Both the position numbers and the translations under genes were made by a program. The notes beneath the pieces are model-generated. The model was not told where the DNA came from, did no database searches, and saw nothing but the letters and a program-made list of their open reading frames with translations. A stretch of DNA of 54,985 bases, the filler included, from Stramenopiles sp. TOSAG23-2 (lineage: Eukaryota), in NCBI GenBank assembly GCA_900128395.1. It is 4 parts of 4 records of this genome, joined end to end, with 100 filler letters (N's around TTAATTAATTAA, not from the genome) between each part and the next. Parts side by side here need not be neighbours in the genome. Positions count along the whole stretch, not along the records: positions 1 to 13,719 come from LT649789.1; positions 13,820 to 27,496 come from LT649790.1; 2 more parts are not named here. One strand, written 5' to 3'. Shown piece by piece: positions 12,001-22,113 of the stretch. The first letter of the stretch is position 1, and the number at the start of each line of letters is the position of its first letter.

Positions 12001-13719
12001 CCTTCCACATCCATTTTTTCAATGTAATTTACTGTTTCTGGCAAATCAGTAGCAAGAGCTTTTACCCGTTGCATTACCCATGGATCATCATTTCCAAAGT
12101 TTCTCTCATTGCAAAAATTAAAATCAAAAATAGAGGTTGTACCCCATATTTCGTTACATGGATACATATATTGGCAAATGTATGGGACACTAATTTTTAA
12201 AGGCTTTAAAGTCATTGGAGACACAATAGGACGGGGTTCAAATAAATCGGGATGATTACAGACTTTTCGCAATGCCATCAACACACCCATTTGTCCCATG
12301 TAACCGCCCTGTGTTAGCTTGGCACGTGTGCTTGACCTTGACATGAAATCTTCATATAAGAATTGTTGCCTGCGTGCCAATGGAACTTTTACAATATGTT
12401 CATATTTTTTTGGCAATTGAGACTCTACATCAATTTTCAATCGGCGTAACAGAAATGGACGTATAACACCATGCAATCGGGAAACTAATTCATTACTTAT
12501 GCCTTTATTTCCTTGAACCATACTTGACATTGGATTGTTAAACCAATATTGAAATTCACTTTGGGATTGAAATACATGTGGCATCAAAAAATGCAGCAAC
12601 GACCACAGTTCCATCAAATGATTTTGTAAAGGTGTACCCGATAGTAACAAACGCCTTTGAGTATTTAATGTTAATAGCGATTGCCAACGTTGAGATTTAA
12701 AATTTTTAATATAATGGGCTTCATCGAGAATCAAGAAATACCACTTCTTTCGTTTAAAAACAGCTGTATCAATAACAGCTAATTGATAAGAAGTGATACA
12801 TACATGAAATGCATTTGGCTTTGTCCACCCTGTGCGCTTCTCTTTTCGCTGTTTGCTTGTGCCGTAATATGCCAATACTTTAAAAGCAGGGCAAAACTTT
12901 TTGAACTCAATTTCCCAATTTAACAAAACACTAGTTGGGACAATAACCAAGTGCGGGCCCCAAATCCCATATTCGGATGCTAAATGGGACAATAACGCAA
13001 TTGTTTGAATAGTTTTTCCTAATCCCATTTCATCTGCTAAAATGCCATTTAATCTACGTACACACATAGATGCTAGCCAATGCAAACCTTCGTGCTGATA
13101 GCTACGAAGTGTATATTCAGGATTCATCAAATATGGCAACCGAACGAGGTTTCTTCTTCCATTGTTTACTTCACTTCTGCTACTTTGGTTCCCACCTGAC
13201 TGATTCGAGGAAGGCATCATCATCATTTGACCATTTGGTTTTGGTTTTCCCCCACGCAATCTTTTCTGACCTGTTGTTGGCATATTAATTGGTTGAAGAA
13301 GCTCATTGGTTAAATTAGTAACGCCAGTAGGATTGTCATCGTCGTCATCGCTGGTTTCTGCGTTATTACTTCCATTACCACCATATCCACCATATCGTTT
13401 CATGAGCTCTTCTATTGGCATTTCAGACTCATCTTGTAAAGCATTTACTTCATCATCAATACGTTTTTTCTCATCTTTATTATTGCTAATTAATGCTTCT
13501 TCCTCCAATAACGTAGAATTATCTTCCTCCTCATATGTATTTCCATCATCTTTATAATCTTCATCATCATCGCTAGTAACATCCATTTTTTTACTGCTGC
13601 TACTGCTATTACTGTTGCTATTACTATTATTATTATTATTATCATTATTATTATTATTACGATCGTCATCGTCGTCATCGCTGGTTTCTGCGTTATTACT
13701 TCCATTACCACCATATCCA
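9030..13719 (-). CDS. SWR1: SWR1/SRCAP/PIE1 chromatin-remodelling ATPase with C-terminal WW, F-box and right-handed beta-helix domains (5' partial)
   Basis: NGILADEMGLGKTIQTI, LDEAH, LRKVCNHPDLFE, split-ATPase insert, YDCGKLQ and DWNPAMDAQAQDRAHRIGQTRDV. The frame stays open upstream of Met 13586 to the gap at 13720 (reads GYGGNGSNNAETSDDDDDR...SSKKMDV), so the N-terminus including the HSA domain is missing. Confidence 0.93.
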
Positions 13720-13819
13720 NNNNNNNNNNNNNNNNNNNNNNNNNNNNNNNNNNNNNNNNNNNNTTAATTAATTAANNNNNNNNNNNNNNNNNNNNNNNNN
13801 NNNNNNNNNNNNNNNNNNN
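13720..13819. other. Artificial contig linker (N44-TTAATTAATTAA-N44)
   Basis: Exactly 100 bp with a six-frame stop 12-mer at its centre. The same structure occurs at 27497 and 41260. Confidence 0.95.
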
Positions 13820-13991
13820 TCGTCCTTTTCATATACTAAGTAGATTTGTAGTGTTTGATATATTTGATAGGCCATATTAGGTATTTTTTGTACTTGAGAG
13901 AAGGGGTAATAGAAAAATCTATTTATTTACGATATCCTTTTCATATACTTAGATTGCAACTACAATATGCTAGCCAGCTATTATAGCAACT

Positions 13992-15509
13992 CTAATTCCA
14001 ATCGTGTTTTTTCTTTAACAATTTCTTTAATTCCTCAATTTCGTTTGCATCAGTATAGTTTAATCTCATTATTCGAGATCCTGTAGATTGACTATTTTTT
14101 GCTGAAAGTCTAACTTCATTTAAAACGATTTCCTTCTTTTTACTGGTCCATTTGGTAACATTATCCACGTTATTCTTCACAGTATCCGCCGATGGAACTT
14201 TAAGACACATATAATTACGTAACAAGCGACCAGTTTCACGTTGAAAATACCCACCTCGAACATATTGTCTTAACTCATTTGCCGTTATAATTAAAAGTTC
14301 AACACCTGTATCAGCATGGACAGTGACAGGTGATGGGACTAATGTACCATTGCTCAGTATCGCTAACTCTCCAAAAACGTCACCTGGACCAAGAGTAGAA
14401 ACGACTACATCTTGATAAGTACATTGTTTTTCCTTTTCACGTTGTTTTTGCAATGCTGCTGCACCTGGTTTAGCCATTTTACTTTGTTTTTCTAGGACAT
14501 TGCGAAACTCATTCTTCCATAGCATAGTACTAGCAAAGCCATGTGTCTTTCGTAAATTATTAATTCGACGTGTAACTTTACATGTACCACGTTGTATAAC
14601 ACAAAACCTATCTACAAATTCACCTTCTGCTATTAATTTTGTACCAACAGATTTTTCAATGAATTTGCCACTCCGTGCTATGTCATATATCATCTCCTCC
14701 AACATGGAATGGAATACATAAGAGGATTTCAATAACTTTACACGTTTACCGACAAACATTTCATATAATAAACTTTCTGGTTCAGAAGAATTATGCTCAG
14801 CAGCATTATTTAACAAACTTTCTGTCCTCTGTAGCAGGATATTGCTACTGCTAGTTGTCTTTTGATCAACACTTGTTGCATCAGTCTCAGCATCGTTGCC
14901 GACCGCTTTAATAATGGAATCTTTCGTTATATGTTTATCATAATTAGTACTTTTCAATATTTTTCGCATCTGGTTTCTGCTATGGGGACGACTTTTCCCA
15001 TCATCTTTTTCTGTATCGGTGTACCGCAAACGTCTTTTTGGATCGCGTATATATCGTTTAATACACATAACTTCACAAGTAGATTGCACATATATTGAAT
15101 TGTTTTCTTGTCTTTTTAAACTTAAAGTGCCAAACCAATCACCTTTATGCAAAGTTTTTGTTGTAACTTCAATTGTTTGATGCCCTGGTCTTGTCATGCA
15201 GTACATCAATCGTACAACACCTGATAAAACTATATATATTTTTCCAACACTATCTCCAGGCTTGTATACATATGAGCCCCCCTTAAATATTTTTGTCTCT
15301 GCTTGTTGGCAATATTTAAACAATATATCGCGTGGCACATCTAGTAAGCATTTCAATTGGCCAATTCGATCTATTAGCACATTTACTTTATCATCTGGTC
15401 TTTCGTTAGGATAACCAGCAGAGCGAAACATTTGCTCATATTTACTACTGACAACATTTTTAAATTTACGTCTCGCACGAATTCTTTTGTCGTCATATTT
15501 TTTTTTAAA
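13992..15509 (-). CDS. Tandem cyclic-nucleotide-binding domain protein; probable 3' part of one TPR-cNMP gene
   Basis: Two CNB-like domains (VYKPGDSVGKIYIVLSGVV...LHKGDWFG and IAEGEFVDRFCVIQRGTC...LGPGDVFGELAIL). The frame opens at 15509, right at the A9 run, 26 codons before the annotated Met. Confidence 0.75.
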   Translation of the reverse strand, partial: FKKKYDDKRIRARRKFKNVVSSKYEQMFRSAGYPNERPDDKVNVLIDRIGQLKCLLDVPRDILFKYCQQAETKIFKGGSYVYKPGDSVGKIYIVLSGVVRLMYCMTRPGHQTIEVTTKTLHKGDWFGTLSLKRQENNSIYVQSTCEVMCIKRYIRDPKRRLRYTDTEKDDGKSRPHSRNQMRKILKSTNYDKHITKDSIIKAVGNDAETDATSVDQKTTSSSNILLQRTESLLNNAAEHNSSEPESLLYEMFVGKRVKLLKSSYVFHSMLEEMIYDIARSGKFIEKSVGTKLIAEGEFVDRFCVIQRGTCKVTRRINNLRKTHGFASTMLWKNEFRNVLEKQSKMAKPGAAALQKQREKEKQCTYQDVVVSTLGPGDVFGELAILSNGTLVPSPVTVHADTGVELLIITANELRQYVRGGYFQRETGRLLRNYMCLKVPSADTVKNNVDNVTKWTSKKKEIVLNEVRLSAKNSQSTGSRIMRLNYTDANEIEELKKLLKKKHDWN

Positions 15510-16756
15510 TCATCTCCAGCATGTTTAAAAAATCCTAACTCACGCTGTACAAATGCCTGCGCTAAACGATATATTCTCCGTTTCTCCAATGTCTTTGTCC
15601 GCTTAACAGCATCACTCAAGTCTTTATACGCCGATGCATGACATAATAAACTTCTAAAAACTAATGCTCGATTGTAGTATGCTTCTGAATATGTATTGTC
15701 TATCTCTAAACATTTTGAAAAATCATTTAGTGCGTCTTTTAAATTATTTACTTGTGCATGTGCATATGCACGGGAAAAAAATGCTTTAAAACGTGAAGCT
15801 TTCGTTTTCGAAAAAGTACCATTATTTTGCCCACGTAAGATGATACCATATTGTATAATCTGCTTATGGTAGTAATTGGCATTTCTATGTATGCCACGTG
15901 CACTTAATTCTTTCCCTCTAGTATCAAACATTTCTATATTTTGTAATAAAGAATTCTTACTATTAATACGATCTTTCAAGGTACGTTCACCTCGTTTTCC
16001 ACCATAAATTTTATTCACCGATTCATGTATTCTTGCATTCTCTTCAACTAAATTTTTACTTTCTACAGCTTTGAATTTTCTAAGTGCGTCATTTGTATTA
16101 TTATATTGCAACATTTTTGATACAACGGCGTTTTGATTTATAATTGTGTCATGCTCTAAGTTTATACCGTTATGATTGTCCTCAAACATGCGGTTCATAT
16201 TATTGTTCCTAACAACGCTAGGAGTTATGTTATCTTCATCCTCACTAAATACAGTGCTCGGAGTCACCAATTGAAAAAAATTACTACCACTTTTTGCTGA
16301 TACTGGTTTTTCTTTGTTGTTATCTTTATTTCGTTTTTTAATGATACTGTCTAATGTTAACGTCGGTGGTGCTTTGGAATTTGTAGAAGTATTACTATAA
16401 TTATTTACATTTAATACATTGTCTTCTTGTTCTTTTACACTTTGTTTATTTCGGGAAGGCATAAAACGAGGTATTATCGAGCCCTTTGATGTCGGTAAAT
16501 ATCTAGAGGTTGGAGCCTTATTTATGCAATTTTCCTGAAACTTGTGGCTATTGATAAATTGAGCTGCTGTTAATGGTTCTATCAAGCTCTTCGTTATTGG
16601 TGATTTTCGTCTTAATCTCTTAAATTTAGGCTTTTGGGAATAGATTTCCAATATACGTGGGTCACTGCCAATGACACTCATAAACGTAAAACCATGTCGA
16701 GCAACAGATCGCTTTGCTTGTTCAACCGACACTCTAAATATTTCTTCAGTCTCCAT
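15383..16756 (-). CDS. TPR-repeat protein; probable 5' part of the same gene
   Basis: TPR consensus AFFSRAYAHAQVNNLKDALNDFSKCLEIDNTYSEAYYNRALVF. It overlaps the cNMP ORF in the -1 frame. Confidence 0.75.
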   Translation of the reverse strand: METEEIFRVSVEQAKRSVARHGFTFMSVIGSDPRILEIYSQKPKFKRLRRKSPITKSLIEPLTAAQFINSHKFQENCINKAPTSRYLPTSKGSIIPRFMPSRNKQSVKEQEDNVLNVNNYSNTSTNSKAPPTLTLDSIIKKRNKDNNKEKPVSAKSGSNFFQLVTPSTVFSEDEDNITPSVVRNNNMNRMFEDNHNGINLEHDTIINQNAVVSKMLQYNNTNDALRKFKAVESKNLVEENARIHESVNKIYGGKRGERTLKDRINSKNSLLQNIEMFDTRGKELSARGIHRNANYYHKQIIQYGIILRGQNNGTFSKTKASRFKAFFSRAYAHAQVNNLKDALNDFSKCLEIDNTYSEAYYNRALVFRSLLCHASAYKDLSDAVKRTKTLEKRRIYRLAQAFVQRELGFFKHAGDDLKKNMTTKEFVRDVNLKMLSVVNMSKCFALLVILTKDQMIK

Positions 16757-16953
16757 CGTTTAATTTTGCCTTGAATATATGTATATATATACATACATAA
16801 TCTGAATTATATTTTAAGAAAGTTATATCTTATTTCTTTGTTTATATAAATTTTAGTATTATTAATATTAATATATACAGTATTAATATCTTTTTCATAT
16901 TATTAAGTAACGGATCGACAACAACAAAGAAGAAGACCAGACCAGTAGACCTT

Positions 16954-17058
16954 CTCTGGACACCAGAGGCATTTCCTGGTCCAAATCTACGTTTTCCACA
17001 GTAGACCAGCAGACCAGAATACTGGCCCGCTGGCAAGGAAAATCTCTGGTGTCCAGAG
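16954..17058. repeat. Inverted pair of 15-bp interrupted palindromes in a divergent intergenic region
   Basis: CTCTGGACACCAGAG (16954-16968) and its exact reverse complement CTCTGGTGTCCAGAG (17044-17058), with several AGACCAG copies nearby. Confidence 0.8.
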
Positions 17059-17205
17059 TAAGCTGAGACCACTGTGACCAAAACGACAAAAAAAAGAGGT
17101 AGTGTTGTAAAAAATAACATCTATATCTTTCCAGCAAGCTGGGAAGACTCTGTGCCTGCCAGAGTAATTCAATTTTAGTAAGTATAGAAATACACAAGAA
17201 GTGGA

Positions 17206-20109
17206 ATGGCAAACAACAACGATCAACTGAATAATGCATTTATGCAGCTTGCTGATGATACGAAATCATTTTCATACCCACAAAATACTGTAGAAAAAAT
17301 AGATGCAAAAGATATTACACCAACTGAATTTTATAAGTCTTACATTTCAAAAAATCGGCCATGCATTATAAAAAATTTATGTAATCATTGGCCAGCATTA
17401 AAGAAGTGGAATGATGATGACTATATAATCGATGCGTGTGGAGATAAAGAAATTAGTGTGAACGTCACTCCAAATGGATATGCAGATGCATTGTATAATA
17501 TGAAAGGTGTGAGTCGAAAAGGTAAAACAACAAGAAAAGTGTTTGTTAAACCTTTAGAAGAAAAAATGACTATGAAAAGCTTTTTAACTCGTTTAAAAGC
17601 TAAGGATAACAAACCAGACGACCCAGTCTTATATTGTAGCCGACAAAATAATTCTTTAATTGATGAATTTTCCGCGTTATTGAAAGATGTTGAGCACAAT
17701 TTGTTATTTGCAAAAAATAGTTTAGATAATAATAATACAAATGTACAAAATGAAGCAACAAATGCAGAAGCAATAAATTTATGGATTGGTGATGAACAAT
17801 CTATTTCAACAACACACCAAGATCCATATGAGAATTTTTATGCAGTTGTTAGAGGCACAAAAATATTTACGTTGTATCCACCGTCGGATGTAGGATTTTT
17901 GTATGAGAAGGTATATCCAACAGCATCATATGTAAAAGATGCGAACAAGAATTTATGTATACAAATAGACAATGAAACAACATGCCCATGGATAACGATG
18001 GATCTCACACAAACGGATGATGAAATAAATGAGAACTTTCCAAAATTTAAATTGGCTCACCAAGTCGTTGCTACTGTTGAAAAGGGCGAATGTTTATATT
18101 TACCGTCACTATGGTTTCATCATGTACAACAAAGGGGATTGACGATTGCGGTAAATTATTGGTATGACATGATCTTTGATTTCAAGTTTTCTTTTTACAA
18201 CTTTGTGAGAACTAATTCTGGCTTACTATCATATGGTGAGAATTTTGCAAGTGAATTAAAAAGCACGATTATTTTTGATTTTGATTGGACGATGGTAAAC
18301 GAAAATACTGATACGTGGGTATTTAAAGTATTAGCACCAGATTTATACGATGAAATAATGACTATGCGCAAGAGTAACAAGAATGATAAATCAAATAAAA
18401 AATTAACATGGCAAGAACTAATGAATTATGGTTTAAAACAACTGAAAGTTAAGTACAATTGCGGACGTGAAGAGTTACAAAACGCATTAGGTACTATGCC
18501 AATCTTTGTTGAAATATTCAACATGATACGCATAATGCATGAGCAAGGCCATGAAATTATCATATTGAGCGATGCAAATGAATTTTATATTGATTACATA
18601 TTGAAAAAATATAATATACATGATGCAATCACGCAAATAATTACAAACAAATCGGCATGGACATCATCATCAAATGATTTATTGCAAATCATGGCATATC
18701 ATTCAGATGGGGAACATGCATGTAATTTATGTCCAAAAAATTTATGCAAAGGAAAGGTTGTTCAACAATTACGACAAGAAAATTTTAGAATGTATCGAAA
18801 ATGTTTTTATGTTGGTGATGGCGGCGGCGATTTTTGTCCATTTACAACGCTAAATCCAACTGATTACATGTATGTTAGGGAAGACTATTCTTGTCATCGT
18901 GAAATTGTGAGATGGAATACGACAAATGAATCATGGCCACAACCTAATGTTAAAACTTGGCAAAATGGAAAAGATGTGTATGACTATTTTCAAAACGATC
19001 TTGAAATTATAACTTCAATCGATCAATTTAGTGAAGCAATGTTACCAATTGAAACGGCAATAAACGAAGAAATTCAAGGTGAGAATGTTCAAATTGAATT
19101 ATGGTATCGTACATGGGGCAACAAAGCAAATGGCATACCAGTTTTATTTGTTCATGGTGGCCCAGGAAATTGTGTTGCTGATTATCAAAATATTAATTCG
19201 AAATTCTTTGATAAAAACAAATTTTATGTTATTGAGGTGGACCAAAGAGGGACTGGGAAAAGCAAGCCATCGGTACGTGATGATTATAATAATATGAAGT
19301 ATTATTTAGACATATCGATTAAACAAATGAGCAATGATTTTGAATTGATTAGGAAGCATTTAAAAATTGATCGATGGTTGGTATTTGGTGGAAGCTGGGG
19401 CTCAACACTTGGTCTGGATTATGCTGAACGATATCCATCGAAATGCTTGGGGCTGATTGTACGCGGCATATATTTAAACACAAAGGACGAGTTTGATGCA
19501 ATTTACTGCCGCAAATCATTTGAAAACAATGAAAGACGGTTGAAAGAGTTTGATATATTTTTTGAATTAGCGAAGGGGAAAGTGAAAGATCTTGATCCTA
19601 ATGATTCAGAACAATTTATTCAAATCTATGAAAAAATGATAATCAATGGGAATAAGGATGCTGCATGGAGATTTTATGTTTTTGAAAACAATCTAATGGA
19701 GGAAAATCCAGAGGAATTACTAGATCCATTTAATATATCTGAAAAACTTTTCCCGGAAGCATTATCTGTGTCATTTTTCGAGTCGCGATTGTTTTTGAAA
19801 GGTACATTTGAAAATCCAGAGCAATTAAATTTATTAACACGTGTGAAGGAATTGAAAAATGGATACAATGGCATTCCTGTAGATACATGGGTGGTTCAAG
19901 GCGTTGGTGATGAAGTGTGCCCTGAAATTTTTGCACAGCAATTAGTGAAAGAGTTGGAAAAACGTGAAATACCTTTTGTTGATCATTTTGTTGATGCAGG
20001 ACATAAAGCAAGTAGCGATGGTATTGGGATAGCGTTGATTGAATGTGTTGAAGATTTTTTGAGGAAATACACTAAAATAGAAACGACGGAGCAAACACAT
20101 ATACTATAA
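17206..20109 (+). CDS. Triple fusion: JMJD7-like JmjC oxygenase + PHOSPHO1/2-type HAD phosphatase + proline iminopeptidase (S33)
   Basis: JmjC: NLWIG, THQDPYENFY, YLPSLWFHHV, IAVNYWYDM. HAD: IFDFDWT, ILSDAN, CNLCPKNLCKG, YVGDGGGDFCP. PIP: FVHGGPG, DQRGTGKS, VFGGSWGSTL, GVGDEVC, DAGH. One uninterrupted 967-aa frame. Confidence 0.9.
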   Translation: MANNNDQLNNAFMQLADDTKSFSYPQNTVEKIDAKDITPTEFYKSYISKNRPCIIKNLCNHWPALKKWNDDDYIIDACGDKEISVNVTPNGYADALYNMKGVSRKGKTTRKVFVKPLEEKMTMKSFLTRLKAKDNKPDDPVLYCSRQNNSLIDEFSALLKDVEHNLLFAKNSLDNNNTNVQNEATNAEAINLWIGDEQSISTTHQDPYENFYAVVRGTKIFTLYPPSDVGFLYEKVYPTASYVKDANKNLCIQIDNETTCPWITMDLTQTDDEINENFPKFKLAHQVVATVEKGECLYLPSLWFHHVQQRGLTIAVNYWYDMIFDFKFSFYNFVRTNSGLLSYGENFASELKSTIIFDFDWTMVNENTDTWVFKVLAPDLYDEIMTMRKSNKNDKSNKKLTWQELMNYGLKQLKVKYNCGREELQNALGTMPIFVEIFNMIRIMHEQGHEIIILSDANEFYIDYILKKYNIHDAITQIITNKSAWTSSSNDLLQIMAYHSDGEHACNLCPKNLCKGKVVQQLRQENFRMYRKCFYVGDGGGDFCPFTTLNPTDYMYVREDYSCHREIVRWNTTNESWPQPNVKTWQNGKDVYDYFQNDLEIITSIDQFSEAMLPIETAINEEIQGENVQIELWYRTWGNKANGIPVLFVHGGPGNCVADYQNINSKFFDKNKFYVIEVDQRGTGKSKPSVRDDYNNMKYYLDISIKQMSNDFELIRKHLKIDRWLVFGGSWGSTLGLDYAERYPSKCLGLIVRGIYLNTKDEFDAIYCRKSFENNERRLKEFDIFFELAKGKVKDLDPNDSEQFIQIYEKMIINGNKDAAWRFYVFENNLMEENPEELLDPFNISEKLFPEALSVSFFESRLFLKGTFENPEQLNLLTRVKELKNGYNGIPVDTWVVQGVGDEVCPEIFAQQLVKELEKREIPFVDHFVDAGHKASSDGIGIALIECVEDFLRKYTKIETTEQTHIL

Positions 20110-20131
20110 AATATGTGTACAAAAAACTTTG

Positions 20132-21490
20132 TTATACCAAATAAGCCATTTTAGAAAATTTCTCTTTCAAAAGTGCTTCCTTTCTTAATTTTTCTTCTTC
20201 TGCCTCTTTTTCTAGTAATTGTAAATATCGTTCTTTGTCAAATTCTTCCATCGCTGTTCTTACTACCATTATTGAGGCTCGTTGCCTTTCAATAATTTCC
20301 TCTGTTTTACCCTTTTCCTCTCTCGCTACATCCATAGGAGTTCGATTAAATGAGTCAAGAGGCTCTAACTCTACTCTACATCTCCACACTAAATAAACAG
20401 TCACTTCTTCTCTACCAAATCGTAATGCAACATGTAAGGCAGTCATGCCCCCTAAGACACGAGGCATTTTCATATTTATCTTTTTAATAAATCCTTCTTT
20501 TTCGACTAATCTTTCAACAAGAATTTCATCTCCTGATGCAACAGCTGCAAACCATTTATTGTTATCCCTAGTTTCAGATGAATACCCATAATTTAGCATA
20601 GGATATCGTCTCCATCCACCACCAGATATGATAGAATTATCGACTATTTTATCGCCTTCCTCGTCTGTTTTATGTATAGATATAGAACTTTCATCTTTTT
20701 GATCCATAAGAATCGCATCTTTAAAGTAACCTTTAAATTTGGTTTGGTCGTTTAAATAATAGGTACCATTTCCGGTACATTCACCATCATGCACTTCCCC
20801 TTTGTAGCTAGTACTGTCAGCAAAATATACTGTACCAATACCATCTCTTCTACCATCTGCCCAGTCACCATCGTATAGCAAGTTTCCTTTCTTACTGTAG
20901 AATTGTCCTTTTCCATAAGGGATGGAGCCTAGTATATCCCCCTTATAAACTCCTTCTTCCCCGTTATCTACATAGATATATAATGTTCCGGTACCACTAC
21001 ATCCACCATTTTTCATTGTACCTCTATAATATAACCTACCATCAGGAAGATATACCGTTCCTTTTCCATTTTGAAACCCATTTACAAATTCACCTATGTA
21101 TGATGGTGTTTTAATGTATCCTTGCAATCGCATCGAACCATCACCATGAGGAACATTATTCTTGAATTGCCCGACATAATAGCCATTTCCTTTTCGTGTA
21201 TAAACTACCCCTTTGCCTTGTCCTTCCTTTAAATTAGTACCATTTATATTTTCAAAATGACCATCGTACATAAAAGTTGCTTTATCATCGTATAGCAAAC
21301 CCTTATCATACTTAAATTTCATTGCATTTTCTCCTTCCGTTTCATCTGAATATATTATTGTACCATGCATCAGAAGAAGAAGAAGAAGAAGTCTCATCAC
21401 CACTAGTAAATAAATATAAATGATCATTTTCATGATGAATAGTACAATGTAAGTCTCGTTCATGTCCACACGAATGACAGATTTCTTCAC
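20132..21490 (-). CDS. MORN-repeat plus ankyrin-repeat protein (start uncertain)
   Basis: Multiple YxGxFxNGxxxGxG MORN repeats, then ankyrin-like GMTALHVALRFGREEVTVYLV and DSFNRTPMDVA, ending in a coiled-coil tail. Confidence 0.85.
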   Translation of the reverse strand: MKKSVIRVDMNETYIVLFIMKMIIYIYLLVVMRLLLLLLLMHGTIIYSDETEGENAMKFKYDKGLLYDDKATFMYDGHFENINGTNLKEGQGKGVVYTRKGNGYYVGQFKNNVPHGDGSMRLQGYIKTPSYIGEFVNGFQNGKGTVYLPDGRLYYRGTMKNGGCSGTGTLYIYVDNGEEGVYKGDILGSIPYGKGQFYSKKGNLLYDGDWADGRRDGIGTVYFADSTSYKGEVHDGECTGNGTYYLNDQTKFKGYFKDAILMDQKDESSISIHKTDEEGDKIVDNSIISGGGWRRYPMLNYGYSSETRDNNKWFAAVASGDEILVERLVEKEGFIKKINMKMPRVLGGMTALHVALRFGREEVTVYLVWRCRVELEPLDSFNRTPMDVAREEKGKTEEIIERQRASIMVVRTAMEEFDKERYLQLLEKEAEEEKLRKEALLKEKFSKMAYLV

Positions 21491-21686
21491 GGCCTAGGAA
21501 AACACTGCAATTGCACCATGGTATAGAACAAACATTTAACTTTTCATGTAATAGTGATTCATCATCTTCATTCTTTACTTTATTGAATAATAAAAGTTTG
21601 TTAAAAGAACGTATAGCTTTTGGCGAAGTAATTGATGAAGGTCTATTTTTAATTAATAATGTTGGGGTTAATAATAGTTCTGCCAT
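21342..21686 (-). CDS. Cys/His-cluster ORF; likely true 5' part of the MORN-ankyrin gene
   Basis: CSIPWCNCSVF..EEICHSCGHERDLH is a metal-binding-like pattern, followed by a poly-Ser linker. It overlaps the MORN ORF in another frame. Confidence 0.55.
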   Translation of the reverse strand: MAELLLTPTLLIKNRPSSITSPKAIRSFNKLLLFNKVKNEDDESLLHEKLNVCSIPWCNCSVFLGREEICHSCGHERDLHCTIHHENDHLYLFTSGDETSSSSSSDAWYNNIFR

Positions 21687-22113
21687 TTATTATGCGATAT
21701 ATATGAATATTGGTATAGTTATTTATTATTTTCCATTTGCACATAATTTTGTAATAACATTTTACACAAACTGTATGTTTACCTATAATGTACTGTATAT
21801 CTAGATGAGAGTTGTCTTGTTTATAAATAAAAAAATATTTTGATGCATCATTATTGCTATTTATTATTTAATACGCAAATAAACGCAAAGTTTATTAATA
21901 ATATGTGCACATTAATTAACATGTGTTGTTTTTGATGAAGAAGAAGTAAAAAATGTGTCACATGATGTCATGATGTATGCTGGTATGCTGGTATGACCCA
22001 CCAGGTAGCAAAATATATAGAAAAAAATTTATACTTTAGACATTACGAAATGCACAAATGACGTCATGCTGCATGCAACACATGAGCTCCGCTAAATAAT
22101 GATTTATATGAAA

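Noticed and set aside
13764-13775. TTAATTAATTAA as a biological motif
   Set aside because: It is centred in three identical 100-bp N blocks, so it is an artificial six-frame stop linker.
21370-21400. Signal peptide MRLLLLLLL on the MORN protein
   Set aside because: It is encoded by a CTT/TCT microsatellite that reads as poly-Ser in the overlapping frame, and MORN/ankyrin domains are normally cytosolic.
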